Part shown: positions 1 through 10,064 of the stretch, piece after piece
Numbering within the stretch: position 1 is the first letter of the stretch
Layout of the letters: each line of letters opens with the position of its first letter
Assembly (NCBI GenBank): GCA_964593155.1
Contig: CAZQHE010000002.1
Location: 5,231 to 69,230 of the forward strand
Reading direction: 5' to 3'
Length of the DNA: 64,000 nt
Source of the DNA: an uncultured bacterium
Lineage (GTDB): Bacteria > Krumholzibacteriota > Krumholzibacteriia > JAJRXK01
Notes under the pieces: generated by a model
The model's database searches: none
The model's input: only the letters and a program-made list of their open reading frames with translations
What the model was told of the DNA's origin: nothing
Translations under genes and position numbers: made by a program

Positions 1-513
1 GCGTGGAGTTCGCCCAGGGACAATCCGACCCGGACGGTACCCCAACGGGTGGTGTCGTCGTCGAGGCGGACGGGCATGGCCACCTCGAGCACGTCGAGCG
101 CCGGTCCACGAAGATCTCCGCTCATTCCGAGCTCGCGCCCGTCGTGCTTTCGTACGGCGGGAGCGTCACGCGAGAGCGCCCACAGGGTCAACGGATCGTC
201 GAGTTCCTTCCACTGTTGTTCGGGTCGACCGCTGAAAGCACCGACCGCCTGCTCCTTGTCGTGCACGATCACGTAGACCGCGCCGGTCTGGGTCTGGATG
301 TCGTCGGCGAGGCGCTGCAGCGAGGAGTAGTCGTAGGTGAGCAGCGACGGTGTCGAGGCCGTGGCCAGCGACTGCGCGATGGTCAGTCCACGCTTCTCGA
401 TCTGGTCGACCGCGGTGCGCGACTGCCGCTGGGCGGCGAACACGACGACGATCACCATGAGCGTGATCACCACGCTGCCGAAGGTCAGCATGAAACGCGT
501 CTGCATGCGCATG
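1..513 (-). CDS. membrane-anchored sensor/signalling protein, N-terminal part (gene continues past window start)
   Basis: Not in the ORF track because it is open at the window edge. Reverse-strand translation from ATG (complement 511..513) gives MRMQTRFMLTFGSVVITLMVIVVVFAAQRQSRTAVDQIEKRGLTIAQSLATASTPSLLTYDYSSLQRLADDIQTQTGAVYVIVHDKEQAVGAF... This is one N-terminal TM helix followed by a balanced-composition extracytoplasmic domain of the kind seen at the N-terminus of sensor kinases or GGDEF proteins. The + strand ORF over the same span (3..740) is His/Arg/Asp-rich low complexity. Confidence 0.45.
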
Positions 514-559
514 TTCTTCGCGGCCGCGCGGATGCGAACCGGAAGCGCGGGCGTCGGTC

Positions 560-2203
560 TCATCGTGCCCGCCTCCCGGCCGAGGGATCGAGCCAGACCG
601 AGCGCAGCGGGAGGTTCGCGCCACCCATCGACGTGACCTGGAAGCCTTGCACCGACGGTCGGGTCGCGAACACGGTCGAATTGAAGTGCAGCGGCACGAT
701 GGCCGCGTCGCCGAGCACCCGTTGCTCGGCGCGGCGGTAGAGGTCGGTGCGTCGTGTGCGGTCGAGCGCGCTCCGGGCGGTGTCGAGCCACGCGTCGACG
801 TCGGCGTCGGCGTAGTGGAGATGGTTCACGCTGCCCGTACTGTGGAAGAGCGGATAGAAGAACGAATCGGGATCGGGAAGGTCGGCCATCCACGTCAGGA
901 GAAAGGCGTGGTAGGCGTTCTCCCGCAGGCCCCGGTCGAAGTCGTTCCAGTCCACCAGCAGCGGTTCGACGTCGAGACCGATGGCTTCGATCTGGCGGCA
1001 CAGGTCCAGGGCCAGCGTCTCGAAGCCCTCCCCGCGACGCGGAATGGCGATGGTGATCGGGGGAAGCGCCTTTCCTCGTGGATGACCGGCGGCGGTGAGC
1101 AGGGAGCCCGCGCGCGCGGGGGCGAAGGGCAGGCACTTGTCGACCGGTTCGTAACCGGGGAATCCGGGCGGGAGGACGCCGGTCGCCGACGGCCGCCGGT
1201 ACTCGTCGATGCCCGCCAGCGATCCCACCTCGACGCCGTGGGCCACGGCTCGGCGCACGGCGGGATCGTCGAAGGGCGGGCGATCGACGGCGAAGGCCAG
1301 GAAGGTCAGGCTGAGTTCACGCCGCTGGTGGTGGCGTGCGTCGCGCACGGCGGCCACGGCCTCGGCCGCCGTGTTGGTCAACTCCACCACGTGGACGTCG
1401 CCCTCGATGAAGCCGCGGATCGCTCGCGGTAGCACCGGCGGTGGCGGCGTCCGGATCACGAGGCCGTCGAGGTGGGGGCGAGGACCGTGGTAGTCGTCGA
1501 AGCGTTCGAGCACGAGGCGCTCGCCGGGCACCCATTCGCGCAGGACGAAGGGCCCGCAGCCGACGTGGCCCTCGCCGTGATCGACACCGTCCTCGGGGCG
1601 CGGCAGGATACGCGCGAACTCCGAGGCCAGCACGTTGAGGAAGGGCGCGTAGGGCTGCGCGAGCCGAATGGACAGCCGGTGGGGTCCGAGTGCCTCGAGG
1701 CCGTGGATCGAATCGGTGTCGCCGCGGGCGAAGGCATCGGCGCCGGCGATCACTCCGAGGTACTGCCGCGCCAGGACGGTCGACTCGGAGTCGAGGCGGA
1801 AGATCCGTTCGAGGGAGTGGACGACGTCGCGCGCGGTCAGGGGCGTGCCGTCGTGGAAGCGCACGCCGCGGCGCAGGTCGAAGCGGTATGCGAGGCCCCC
1901 GTGGTCGATGGTCCAGGCCGTGGCCACGTCGGGACGCACGCCGAAGTTGCGGTCGTGGCGCAACAGACCCGCGTGGATCTGGTTGACGACGGCCGCGTCG
2001 TAGCTGTCGTACACGGTGGCGGGGTCGAGCGTGGAGGGCTCGATCTGCGCCAGGTGCAGGACACCACCGGTCCGCGGACGGTCTTCGTCGCCCTCGCGCT
2101 CATGCGCGGCGTCGGACGCGCAGCCGGACACGCAGCCGGACACGCCGACGCAGGCTGCGATCGCCAGGAGCAGGGACCGCCGGGCGCGGAGGATGGAGAA
2201 CAT
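560..2203 (-). CDS. ABC-transporter family-5 substrate-binding protein (peptide/nickel/opine type), lipoprotein
   Basis: ORF 560..2395 (-). The internal Met at 2203 is followed by a lipoprotein signal (MFSILRARRSLLLAIAACVGVSGCVSGCAS). The length and motifs match SBP_bac_5 (…RFHDGTPLTARDVVHSLERI…, …FLLTWMADLPDPDSFFYPLFHS…). Confidence 0.8.
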   Translation of the reverse strand: MFSILRARRSLLLAIAACVGVSGCVSGCASDAAHEREGDEDRPRTGGVLHLAQIEPSTLDPATVYDSYDAAVVNQIHAGLLRHDRNFGVRPDVATAWTIDHGGLAYRFDLRRGVRFHDGTPLTARDVVHSLERIFRLDSESTVLARQYLGVIAGADAFARGDTDSIHGLEALGPHRLSIRLAQPYAPFLNVLASEFARILPRPEDGVDHGEGHVGCGPFVLREWVPGERLVLERFDDYHGPRPHLDGLVIRTPPPPVLPRAIRGFIEGDVHVVELTNTAAEAVAAVRDARHHQRRELSLTFLAFAVDRPPFDDPAVRRAVAHGVEVGSLAGIDEYRRPSATGVLPPGFPGYEPVDKCLPFAPARAGSLLTAAGHPRGKALPPITIAIPRRGEGFETLALDLCRQIEAIGLDVEPLLVDWNDFDRGLRENAYHAFLLTWMADLPDPDSFFYPLFHSTGSVNHLHYADADVDAWLDTARSALDRTRRTDLYRRAEQRVLGDAAIVPLHFNSTVFATRPSVQGFQVTSMGGANLPLRSVWLDPSAGRRAR

Positions 2204-2424
2204 CGCCGGACTGGACTCCTCGGAGCTGTGGACGAACCCGCCGCCGGACCGTTCCGGGCGCCGGGGACAGGGCGGCACTTGCGAACACGGGGGCGGCGCG
2301 GCATCGTCCAGTCCCGGGAACGACGGCATCGCGGTCGGCCCGACCCGCTCGGGGTCGATCCGGTGCCCACCGGGGAAGAGCAAGGACCAGACCACCGGGA
2401 AGCGTCGCAGGGAGGACTCGAGAC

Positions 2425-2751
2425 ATGGCCCGTGGACCCGAGCGCATCGAGATCGTCGGAGACTTCCTGGCGGTGAAGTGGCCGGACGACGAGGAGTCGG
2501 TCATCAGCCTGAAGACGCTGAGAACCCATTGTCCCTGTGCTCAATGCGCGGGCGAGCCCGACGTCACCGGAGCCGTACGTCGGCCGTCCGTCCAGCCGCA
2601 GTTGACCGAGGCCAGCATGCGGGTCACCGGCAGCGAGCGGGTCGGAAGCTACGCCATCGCCTTCACGTGGGGCGACGGCCACAGGACCGGGATCTACAGC
2701 TGGGACCTGCTCCGCGAGCTGGGCGAATTGGACGAGTCGGACGAAGGCTGA
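2425..2751 (+). CDS. DUF971-family protein (gamma-butyrobetaine hydroxylase-like N-terminal domain)
   Basis: 108 aa. An ATG with a GGAGG Shine-Dalgarno sits 9 nt upstream. It carries the conserved Cys cluster HCPCAQCAGEP and the W..DGH..G.Y motif typical of DUF971. Confidence 0.75.
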   Translation: MARGPERIEIVGDFLAVKWPDDEESVISLKTLRTHCPCAQCAGEPDVTGAVRRPSVQPQLTEASMRVTGSERVGSYAIAFTWGDGHRTGIYSWDLLRELGELDESDEG

Positions 2752-2938
2752 AGGGAAGCGATCCGAACTGCAGGAATGTCTGTGTCGTTCCGACATCACA
2801 GACCGGTGGGGACAATGTGCAGAGATGTGGGGAAAGTCACTCAACTAACATCAAAACAATGAGTTAGGGCGACTGTTCGCCGCCTGTCCCCAGGGTTTGT
2901 CCCCAGCATTCACGAGGATACAGCAGCTTGCTTGCTGT

Positions 2939-3256
2939 TCAATCCGCGTCCGAGCGACGGGCCTCGGGCTCGTGGATCAAGCGCTCGATCGGGCGTCCCC
3001 GGCGGAGGTGCTCCTCGACGATCGCGTCGACGTCGGCGAGCTCGACGCCGTGGTAGACGACGCCGTCCGGATACACCGCGACGTTCGGACCGATCGTGCA
3101 CATCCCCTGGCACCGGCTGGCGCTGATCCGGATCCGGAGATCTTTGCGATCCGGAAGCAACTCCTTGAAGCGCTTGGCCAGGGCCTCGCCGTGCTCGGCC
3201 CCGCAGCTCTTCCCCGTGCAGGGGAAGACGTGGTAGCGGAAGGGTCGATGCGCCAT
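2939..3256 (-). CDS. thioredoxin-like [2Fe-2S] ferredoxin
   Basis: ORF 2939..3283 (-), with the Met at 3256. Sequence MAHRPFRYHVFPCTGKSCGAEHGE…ASRCQGMCTIGPNVAVYPDGVVY shows the four-Cys pattern and size of NuoE/Fd4-like 2Fe-2S ferredoxins. Confidence 0.8.
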   Translation of the reverse strand: MAHRPFRYHVFPCTGKSCGAEHGEALAKRFKELLPDRKDLRIRISASRCQGMCTIGPNVAVYPDGVVYHGVELADVDAIVEEHLRRGRPIERLIHEPEARRSDAD

Positions 3257-3279
3257 GGTTGCCGGGTCCGGGGGTGGAT

Positions 3280-3699
3280 TCACCGATGATAGGGGTGGCC
3301 GGCCCGGATCGACAGGGCGCGGTACACCTGCTCGAGCAGCACCACCCGCGCCAGCTCGTGGGGCAGCGTGATGCTCCCGAAGGCGATCGACGCATCGGCC
3401 CGGTCACGTAGATCGGCCGACAGGCCGTCGGGTCCGCCGATCGTCAGGGCGATCGAGCCGTGGCGGCCGAGCAGAGCGGCCAGGTCCTCGCTGCGGATCG
3501 GCTCGCCGCGCCGATCGCAGGTCACCAGGTGGTCGCGGCCGATCGCCCCGAGGATCGTCCGGCCCTCGCGCTCCGGTCCTGCGTCGGGAACCTCGACGAC
3601 CTCGATCCGGGCGAAGCGCGCGGCGCGGCGCAGGTAGTCGTCGCAGGCGACCCGCGCCCACTCCGCCCGGAGGCGACCGACCGCGAAGACCCGGATCAT
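3280..3699 (-). CDS. rlmH: 23S rRNA (pseudouridine1915-N3)-methyltransferase RlmH
   Basis: The internal Met at 3699 of ORF 3280..3939 gives a ~139-aa SPOUT protein, MIRVFAVGRLRAEWARVACDDYLRRAARFARIEVVEV…LSIRAGHPYHR. This is the typical RlmH length and N-terminal and C-terminal motifs. Confidence 0.85.
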   Translation of the reverse strand: MIRVFAVGRLRAEWARVACDDYLRRAARFARIEVVEVPDAGPEREGRTILGAIGRDHLVTCDRRGEPIRSEDLAALLGRHGSIALTIGGPDGLSADLRDRADASIAFGSITLPHELARVVLLEQVYRALSIRAGHPYHR

Positions 3700-4319
3700 T
3701 CGGTTCCCGCCGTTTCGACCACGCGGTACACGCTGCCGGACTTGCGCAGGAACCCTGCGTTGACCAGCAGGTCCCGGAGGGCGTCGGGCTCGTAGGCGAG
3801 GGCGTTGAGTGTCAGGCGGAGCTCGGCCTCGGCGTAGAAGCGCGCGGGATCGAGTTGGTCGAGCACCCAGCGCAGGACCGTCTGCTGGTGCCGCCGGTGC
3901 GAGGGGATCTCGCGCAGTCGGCCCCGCTCGTCCAGCCACGGACCGACGTGGTCGCTGCCACTGGGTTCCTCGCGGGGCAGGTCGAGGGTCTCGGCCAGGT
4001 CGTAGGGGTCTTCGAACAGCGACCCGAGCGTCCGCAGGGTCTCGGGGCGCAGGCGGAACAGCACGTAGGGATTCTCGCGGGTGATCGACACCATGCCCGC
4101 CTGCCGCAGCAGCTTCAGGTGATGGCTCACGGTCGACGGCGAGATCTCGAGGGCCGAGGCCAGTTCCTCGCCGTGGTGGGCACGGCGGGCCAGCAGCCCG
4201 AGGATGCGCAGGCGGGTGGGGTCGCCCAGCGCCTTGAACCGCGCCGCCAGTTCCTGGGTCGCCTCGCCAGCCACGGGGTCCTCGCCGTCTCCGGAAATCC
4301 GGTTCACCTGAACACGCAC
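3696..4319 (-). CDS. ArsR-family HTH transcriptional regulator with C-terminal DUF2087-like domain
   Basis: The N-terminus has the ArsR HTH (ALGDPTRLRILGLLARRAHHGEELASALEISPSTVSHHLKLLRQAGMV). An ATGA overlap with the rlmH start suggests translational coupling. Confidence 0.7.
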   Translation of the reverse strand: MRVQVNRISGDGEDPVAGEATQELAARFKALGDPTRLRILGLLARRAHHGEELASALEISPSTVSHHLKLLRQAGMVSITRENPYVLFRLRPETLRTLGSLFEDPYDLAETLDLPREEPSGSDHVGPWLDERGRLREIPSHRRHQQTVLRWVLDQLDPARFYAEAELRLTLNALAYEPDALRDLLVNAGFLRKSGSVYRVVETAGTE

Positions 4320-4540
4320 ATCACAGTTCGATGATCATAGAACCATCGAAGGGCAGATCACAAGTCTGAGACGCACTTGCTCCTGACAGGAAACGCCATT
4401 GTGCGTAGGGTTTAGCCGTGATTCGCGGGTCCGGATCCATTCCGGTTTCCCGGACACCCGTGTTCACGTCCCCCTCCCAACGCCGGCCGTCCGCGATCCG
4501 TACGCTGGGCCGTGCGCCCTACCAACCGCTGGAGCCGAAG

Positions 4541-5023
4541 GTGCTGACGCACTTCGCGACCGTCTTCGTCTTCCTGTGCCTGGGTGTCGGGCTGATCCTG
4601 GTGACCCAGGCCATCTCGCAGTTGCTGCGACCGAAGCGGCTGTACGATTTCAAACAGCGCGTCTACGAGTGTGGCGAGGAAGCCGAGGGATCCCCCTGGA
4701 TCCGCTTCAACATCCGGTTCTACCTCGTCGCGCTGTTCTTCATCATCTTCGATGTCGAGCTGGTCTTCATGATTCCGTGGGCGGTCGCGTTCAACGACAT
4801 GCTCATCGAGATCGGCGTGCTGGCCTTCGCGGAGATGGCGATCTTCGTCGCCATCCTCGTGCTGGGCCTGGCCTACGTCTGGCGGAAGGGCGACCTGGAC
4901 TGGGTGAAGGTGCTGGCGCCGCGCGAGCGCGAAGAGGTGCGGCCCCTGTCGCGCCTGAGCTCGCCGGGGCGGACGGGACCGGTCGGCGGCGAACGCGAAC
5001 TGGAGGGCGCCGATGTCCGCTGA
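4541..5023 (+). CDS. nuoA: NADH-quinone oxidoreductase subunit A
   Basis: ORF 4418..5023. A GTG at 4541 with a GGAG Shine-Dalgarno 7 nt upstream gives a 160-aa protein. It has three TM helices and the NuoA signature …YECGEE…[17 protein letters not shown]…. Confidence 0.85.
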   Translation: MLTHFATVFVFLCLGVGLILVTQAISQLLRPKRLYDFKQRVYECGEEAEGSPWIRFNIRFYLVALFFIIFDVELVFMIPWAVAFNDMLIEIGVLAFAEMAIFVAILVLGLAYVWRKGDLDWVKVLAPREREEVRPLSRLSSPGRTGPVGGERELEGADVR

Positions 5024-5657
5024 TCGCAAGACTCCACGCACCCGACCCGAACCCGCCTTCAACGTCGTCGGCGACCGCATCGGCGACGACCGCGAGAACC
5101 TCCTCGACTTCGACGTCGACGAGCAGCTCGAGCAGGTGGCCGAACCCAGCAGTGGCAACGTGGTGCTCGCGAAGATCGAGGACCTGTTCCGCTGGGGTCA
5201 GCTCTCGAGCATCTGGCCCATGACCTTCGGTCTGGCCTGTTGCGCCATCGAGATGATGGCCGCCATGAGCACGCGTTACGACTTCGACCGCTTCGGCTCG
5301 GGCGCCATGCGCGCCACGCCGCGGCAGACCGACCTGATGATCGTTTCGGGCACGGTCACCGCCAAGATGGCCACACGCGTGAAGCGGCTCTACGATCAGA
5401 TGCCCGACCCGAAATGGGTCATCTCCATGGGAAGCTGCGCGATCGGTGGCGGCCCCTACTTCAAGTACGGCTACCACGTGGTCAAGGGCGTCGACATGAT
5501 GGTTCCCGTGGACGTCTACGTCCCGGGTTGTCCGCCGCGGCCCGAAGTGCTGCTCGACGGGCTCATGCGCCTGCAGGACAAGATCCGCGGTCGTAAGGGC
5601 AACCGTCTGGTCAAGCCGAAGTGGGTCGACGACTACATCCAGAACATCCCGGGGTAG
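5013..5657 (+). CDS. nuoB: NADH-quinone oxidoreductase subunit B
   Basis: 214 aa with the N2-cluster Cys motifs ([10 protein letters not shown]…[10 protein letters not shown]…VPGCPP). It overlaps the nuoA stop. Confidence 0.95.
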   Translation: MSADRKTPRTRPEPAFNVVGDRIGDDRENLLDFDVDEQLEQVAEPSSGNVVLAKIEDLFRWGQLSSIWPMTFGLACCAIEMMAAMSTRYDFDRFGSGAMRATPRQTDLMIVSGTVTAKMATRVKRLYDQMPDPKWVISMGSCAIGGGPYFKYGYHVVKGVDMMVPVDVYVPGCPPRPEVLLDGLMRLQDKIRGRKGNRLVKPKWVDDYIQNIPG

Positions 5658-5659
5658 CC

Positions 5660-6291
5660 ATGGCCATCGATCTCCAGCCGATCGTCGATCGTCTCCGCCA
5701 TCTGGCCCACCACGACGCCGTGGTCGAGACCGACACCGAGTCCGTGCAGCCGTCGATCACCGTGCGGGCCGAACTCATGGACCAGGTGGCGCGCTGTCTG
5801 CGCGACGAGCTCGGTTTCGACCGTCTGCTGAACGTGTCGGGCGTCGACCACGAGGGCTACGACGACAACGGCAAGGGCAAGCACCGCAAGATCGCCAAGT
5901 ACGCCGAGGACGGAACGGTGGAGAAGGTCACCGAGCCCGCGACCGGTGACTTCTCCGTGGTCTACCACGTGCAGAACTTTTCGACGCGCGAGTTGCTCAC
6001 CGTACGCGTGCGTGTTCCGCGCGAAGCCCCGGCGGTGCAGTCCGTCACCGCGGTCTGGTCGACGGCCCTGTGGGGCGAGCGTGAGACCTACGACATGTAC
6101 GGCATCGAGTTCGAGGGTCATCCCGATCTACGGCGGATCCTCTTGCCCGAGGACTGGACCGGCCACCCCCTGCGCAAGGACTACGAGATGCCCGCCCGCT
6201 ACCACGACGTGCCGCTCGAGGGTCTGCCCCTGTCGGTGCGCCAACAGCAGGAAGCGGAAGCCGAGGCGTCGAGGAACGGAGGCGATGCGCA

Positions 6292-6295
<4 letters not shown>
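5660..6295 (+). CDS. nuoC: NADH-quinone oxidoreductase subunit C
   Basis: The ATG lies 3 nt after the nuoB stop. Motifs …[22 protein letters not shown]… are NuoC-like. Confidence 0.9.
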
Positions 6296-7479
<1,184 letters not shown>

Positions 7480-7527
7480 ACGTCCGGCGCCCTCGTTGGG
7501 CGCCGGCGAGGTGAGGAAGACGACGTC

Positions 7528-8586
7528 GTGGAACCGATGCGGCAGATCTTCGAGTCGACCGGGCTCTTCGCCGGGCTCCCCGAGTGGACCCTGGTGGGCG
7601 CAGCTTCGCTGAGCTTCGGTCTGAGCCTCTTCGGCGGTCTCGCCCTGGCGGCTCTTTTCTTCGTGTGGCTCGAGCGCAAGGTCGCCGGCTACATCCAGAG
7701 CCGGTACGGCCCCATGTACGTGGGCCGCTACCACGGCGCCCTGCAGACCATCGCCGACGCGCTCAAGCTGCTGCGCAAGGAGGACATCTGGCCGAGCGAG
7801 GCCGACAAGTTCCTCTGGCGCATCGCGCCGATCCTCGTGTTCACCGGCGCCTTCTTGAGCTTCGTGGTCCTGCCCTTCGGCCCGAACTGGGTGGGCGCGG
7901 ACATGGACATCGGCCTGCTCTACCTGTTCGCCACCAGTGGCCTGGTGGTCATGGGAATCCTGGCCGCGGGCTGGGGCAGCAACAGCAAGTGGTCGCTGTA
8001 CGGCGCCATGCGCGGCGCGGCCCAGGTGGTCAGCTACGAGATCCCGCTGGGCCTGGCGGTGCTGCCGGTGGTGATGGCCACCGGGAGCCTGAACCTGATC
8101 GAGATCGTCGAGCGCCAGGGCGGCGGTATCTGGACCTGGAACGTGTTCGGCGGTCTGCCGCTGATCGGCGCGATCACCTTCCTGGTGTACCTGATCAGTT
8201 CGCTGGCCGAGGTGAACCGCACCCCCTTCGATCTGCCCGAGACCGAGAGCGAACTCGTGAGCGGGTACAACACCGAGTACACGGGGATGAAGTTCGCCTT
8301 CTTCTTCCTCGGCGAGTACGCCGAGATGTTCGTGGTCTCGGCGATCGCGGTGACGGTGTTCCTGGGCGGATGGTACGTGGGGATCCCGGCCGTCGACGCC
8401 TTCATGCCGGCACCGCTGGTGTTCATCTTCAAGGCGGTACTGCTGGTCTTCGTGCAGATCTGGCTGCGCTGGACCCTGCCGCGCCTACGGGTCGACCAGC
8501 TCATGCACGTGTGCTGGAAGGTCCTGATCCCGGCCACGCTGGCCCTGCTCATGATCTACGGCCTGGCTCGCGTCCTGTTCCGCTGA
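7528..8586 (+). CDS. nuoH: NADH-quinone oxidoreductase subunit H
   Basis: 352 aa, GTG start with a GAGGAAG Shine-Dalgarno. It has the NuoH/ND1 motifs (…YIQSRYGPMYVGRYHGALQ…EYAEMF…). It follows nuoD directly, so nuoE, nuoF and nuoG are absent. Confidence 0.95.
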   Translation: MEPMRQIFESTGLFAGLPEWTLVGAASLSFGLSLFGGLALAALFFVWLERKVAGYIQSRYGPMYVGRYHGALQTIADALKLLRKEDIWPSEADKFLWRIAPILVFTGAFLSFVVLPFGPNWVGADMDIGLLYLFATSGLVVMGILAAGWGSNSKWSLYGAMRGAAQVVSYEIPLGLAVLPVVMATGSLNLIEIVERQGGGIWTWNVFGGLPLIGAITFLVYLISSLAEVNRTPFDLPETESELVSGYNTEYTGMKFAFFFLGEYAEMFVVSAIAVTVFLGGWYVGIPAVDAFMPAPLVFIFKAVLLVFVQIWLRWTLPRLRVDQLMHVCWKVLIPATLALLMIYGLARVLFR

Positions 8587-8628
8587 TCCTGCGTCTCGAA
8601 CCCGGTCCCCCGGTTGCGAGGGAACGAA

Positions 8629-9216
8629 ATGGTCAAGGTTCTCCGAGACATCGTCGAGTCCGCCAAGTCGATCGCGATCGGCATGGGGGTCACCTTCAAG
8701 CACCTGGGCAAGACGCCGGTCACCCAGCAGTACCCCGACGAGCGCTGGGCGCTGCCCGACCGATTCCGCGGCTTCGTGCACAACGACGTACCCCGCTGCA
8801 CGGCCTGCATGATCTGCGCGAAGGACTGCCCGGTCGACTGCATCTACATCGAGATGGAGGGCAAGGGGAAGGACCGGAAGATGGCGCGCTACGCCATCGA
8901 CTACAACAAGTGCATCTGGTGCTCGCTGTGCACCGAGCACTGCCCCACCGACTGCATCACGATGAGCCACGACTACGACCATTCGGTCTATCTGCGCGAC
9001 TCGCTGGTGTACGAGTTCGTGGACGAGCCGGTCACGCCGTACAAGCCGCCCAAGAAGAAGAAGGCCGCTCCGGCCGGCGGTGACGGCGGTGACGCCGGTG
9101 CGAAGGCCGGCGCCGGGACCGGCGCCAAGGCCGGTCCCGAGACCGCAGAGGGCGCCGGCCCCAAGGCCGGCGAGAAGCAGAAGCCGTCGGACGACGCCTC
9201 GACCTCGGCCGAGTAG
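8629..9216 (+). CDS. nuoI: NADH-quinone oxidoreductase subunit I (2x[4Fe-4S]) with Ala/Gly/Lys-rich C-terminal tail
   Basis: The ORF track starts at TTG 8614. The ATG at 8629 with a GAGGG Shine-Dalgarno is preferred. There are two CxxCxxCxxxCP motifs (CTACMICAKDCP, CIWCSLCTEHCP). A ~50-aa low-complexity tail follows (KPPKKKKAAPAGGDGGDAGAKAGAG…). Confidence 0.9.
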   Translation: MVKVLRDIVESAKSIAIGMGVTFKHLGKTPVTQQYPDERWALPDRFRGFVHNDVPRCTACMICAKDCPVDCIYIEMEGKGKDRKMARYAIDYNKCIWCSLCTEHCPTDCITMSHDYDHSVYLRDSLVYEFVDEPVTPYKPPKKKKAAPAGGDGGDAGAKAGAGTGAKAGPETAEGAGPKAGEKQKPSDDASTSAE

Positions 9217-9225
9217 GAGAAGACA

Positions 9226-9732
9226 GTGGAAGGGCCCATCTGGTTGTTCTTCGCGGGAATGGGTGTGCTCGGCGCGGCCGGGGTGGCCTTCTCGCGCAAC
9301 GTCCTGCACAGCGCCTTCGGCCTGTTGTTCGCGCTCTTCTCGGTGTGCGCCATGTACGCCATGCTGGGCGCCGACTACCTGGCCGCGACGCAGGTGATCG
9401 TGTACGTGGGCGGCATCCTCGTCCTGGTGGTCTTCGGGGTGATGATGACGCATCGGATCGAGGCCGAGCATCTCCGCGAGGAGATCGTCCAGCCCGTGGC
9501 GGCGGCGATCGCCGCGCTGGTGGTCTTCGGACTGTCGATCACGGTGATCGTGAACGAGGCCTGGCCGTTGCTCGATCCGCTTCCCGAGGTCACGCCGACC
9601 ACCAAGGAGATCGGGCGTGGCTTCCTGACCGACTTCCTGTATCCCTTCGAGTTCGCCAGCGTGCTGCTGCTCATGGCGATGATCGGAGCCGCCATGATCA
9701 CGCGCGAGCGCCGGTCGGAGGAGGACGAGTAG
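9226..9732 (+). CDS. nuoJ: NADH-quinone oxidoreductase subunit J
   Basis: 168 aa, GTG start with an AGGAGA Shine-Dalgarno. It is a hydrophobic ND6-like protein with …VYVGGILVLVVFGVMM…. Confidence 0.9.
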   Translation: MEGPIWLFFAGMGVLGAAGVAFSRNVLHSAFGLLFALFSVCAMYAMLGADYLAATQVIVYVGGILVLVVFGVMMTHRIEAEHLREEIVQPVAAAIAALVVFGLSITVIVNEAWPLLDPLPEVTPTTKEIGRGFLTDFLYPFEFASVLLLMAMIGAAMITRERRSEEDE

Positions 9733-9733
9733 C

Positions 9734-10045
9734 ATGGAGAGCGTCGGACTCACCCACTACCTCGTGCTCTCGGCCTTCTTCCTGGCCGCCGGGGTGTTCA
9801 CCATCCTCAGCCGTCGCAACGCCATCGTCATCCTGATGGGTGTCGAGCTGGTCCTGAACGCGGCCGCGCTGAACTTCGTGGCCTTCGGTCGTTACGTGGC
9901 CGGGGGCCTGACCGGCCAGCTCATGGCCGTGTTCGTGATCGTGATCGCTGCCGCCGAGGCCGCCGTGGCCCTGGCGATCGTGTTGGCCGTGTTCCGCAAC
10001 TTCAACACTGTGCACGTCGACCGGGTCGACCGGCTGCGGAACTGA
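9734..10045 (+). CDS. nuoK: NADH-quinone oxidoreductase subunit K
   Basis: 103 aa. The NuoK/ND4L signature is …LMGVELVLNAAALNFVAF…. Confidence 0.95.
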   Translation: MESVGLTHYLVLSAFFLAAGVFTILSRRNAIVILMGVELVLNAAALNFVAFGRYVAGGLTGQLMAVFVIVIAAAEAAVALAIVLAVFRNFNTVHVDRVDRLRN

Positions 10046-10064
10046 CCGGGGAGAGGGAAGTCAC

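Noticed and set aside
3-740. 245-aa + strand ORF at window start
   Set aside because: Its translation is His/Arg/Asp/Gly-rich. The opposite strand over 1..513 encodes a convincing TM-anchored sensor N-terminus, and 560.. encodes the SBP C-terminus.
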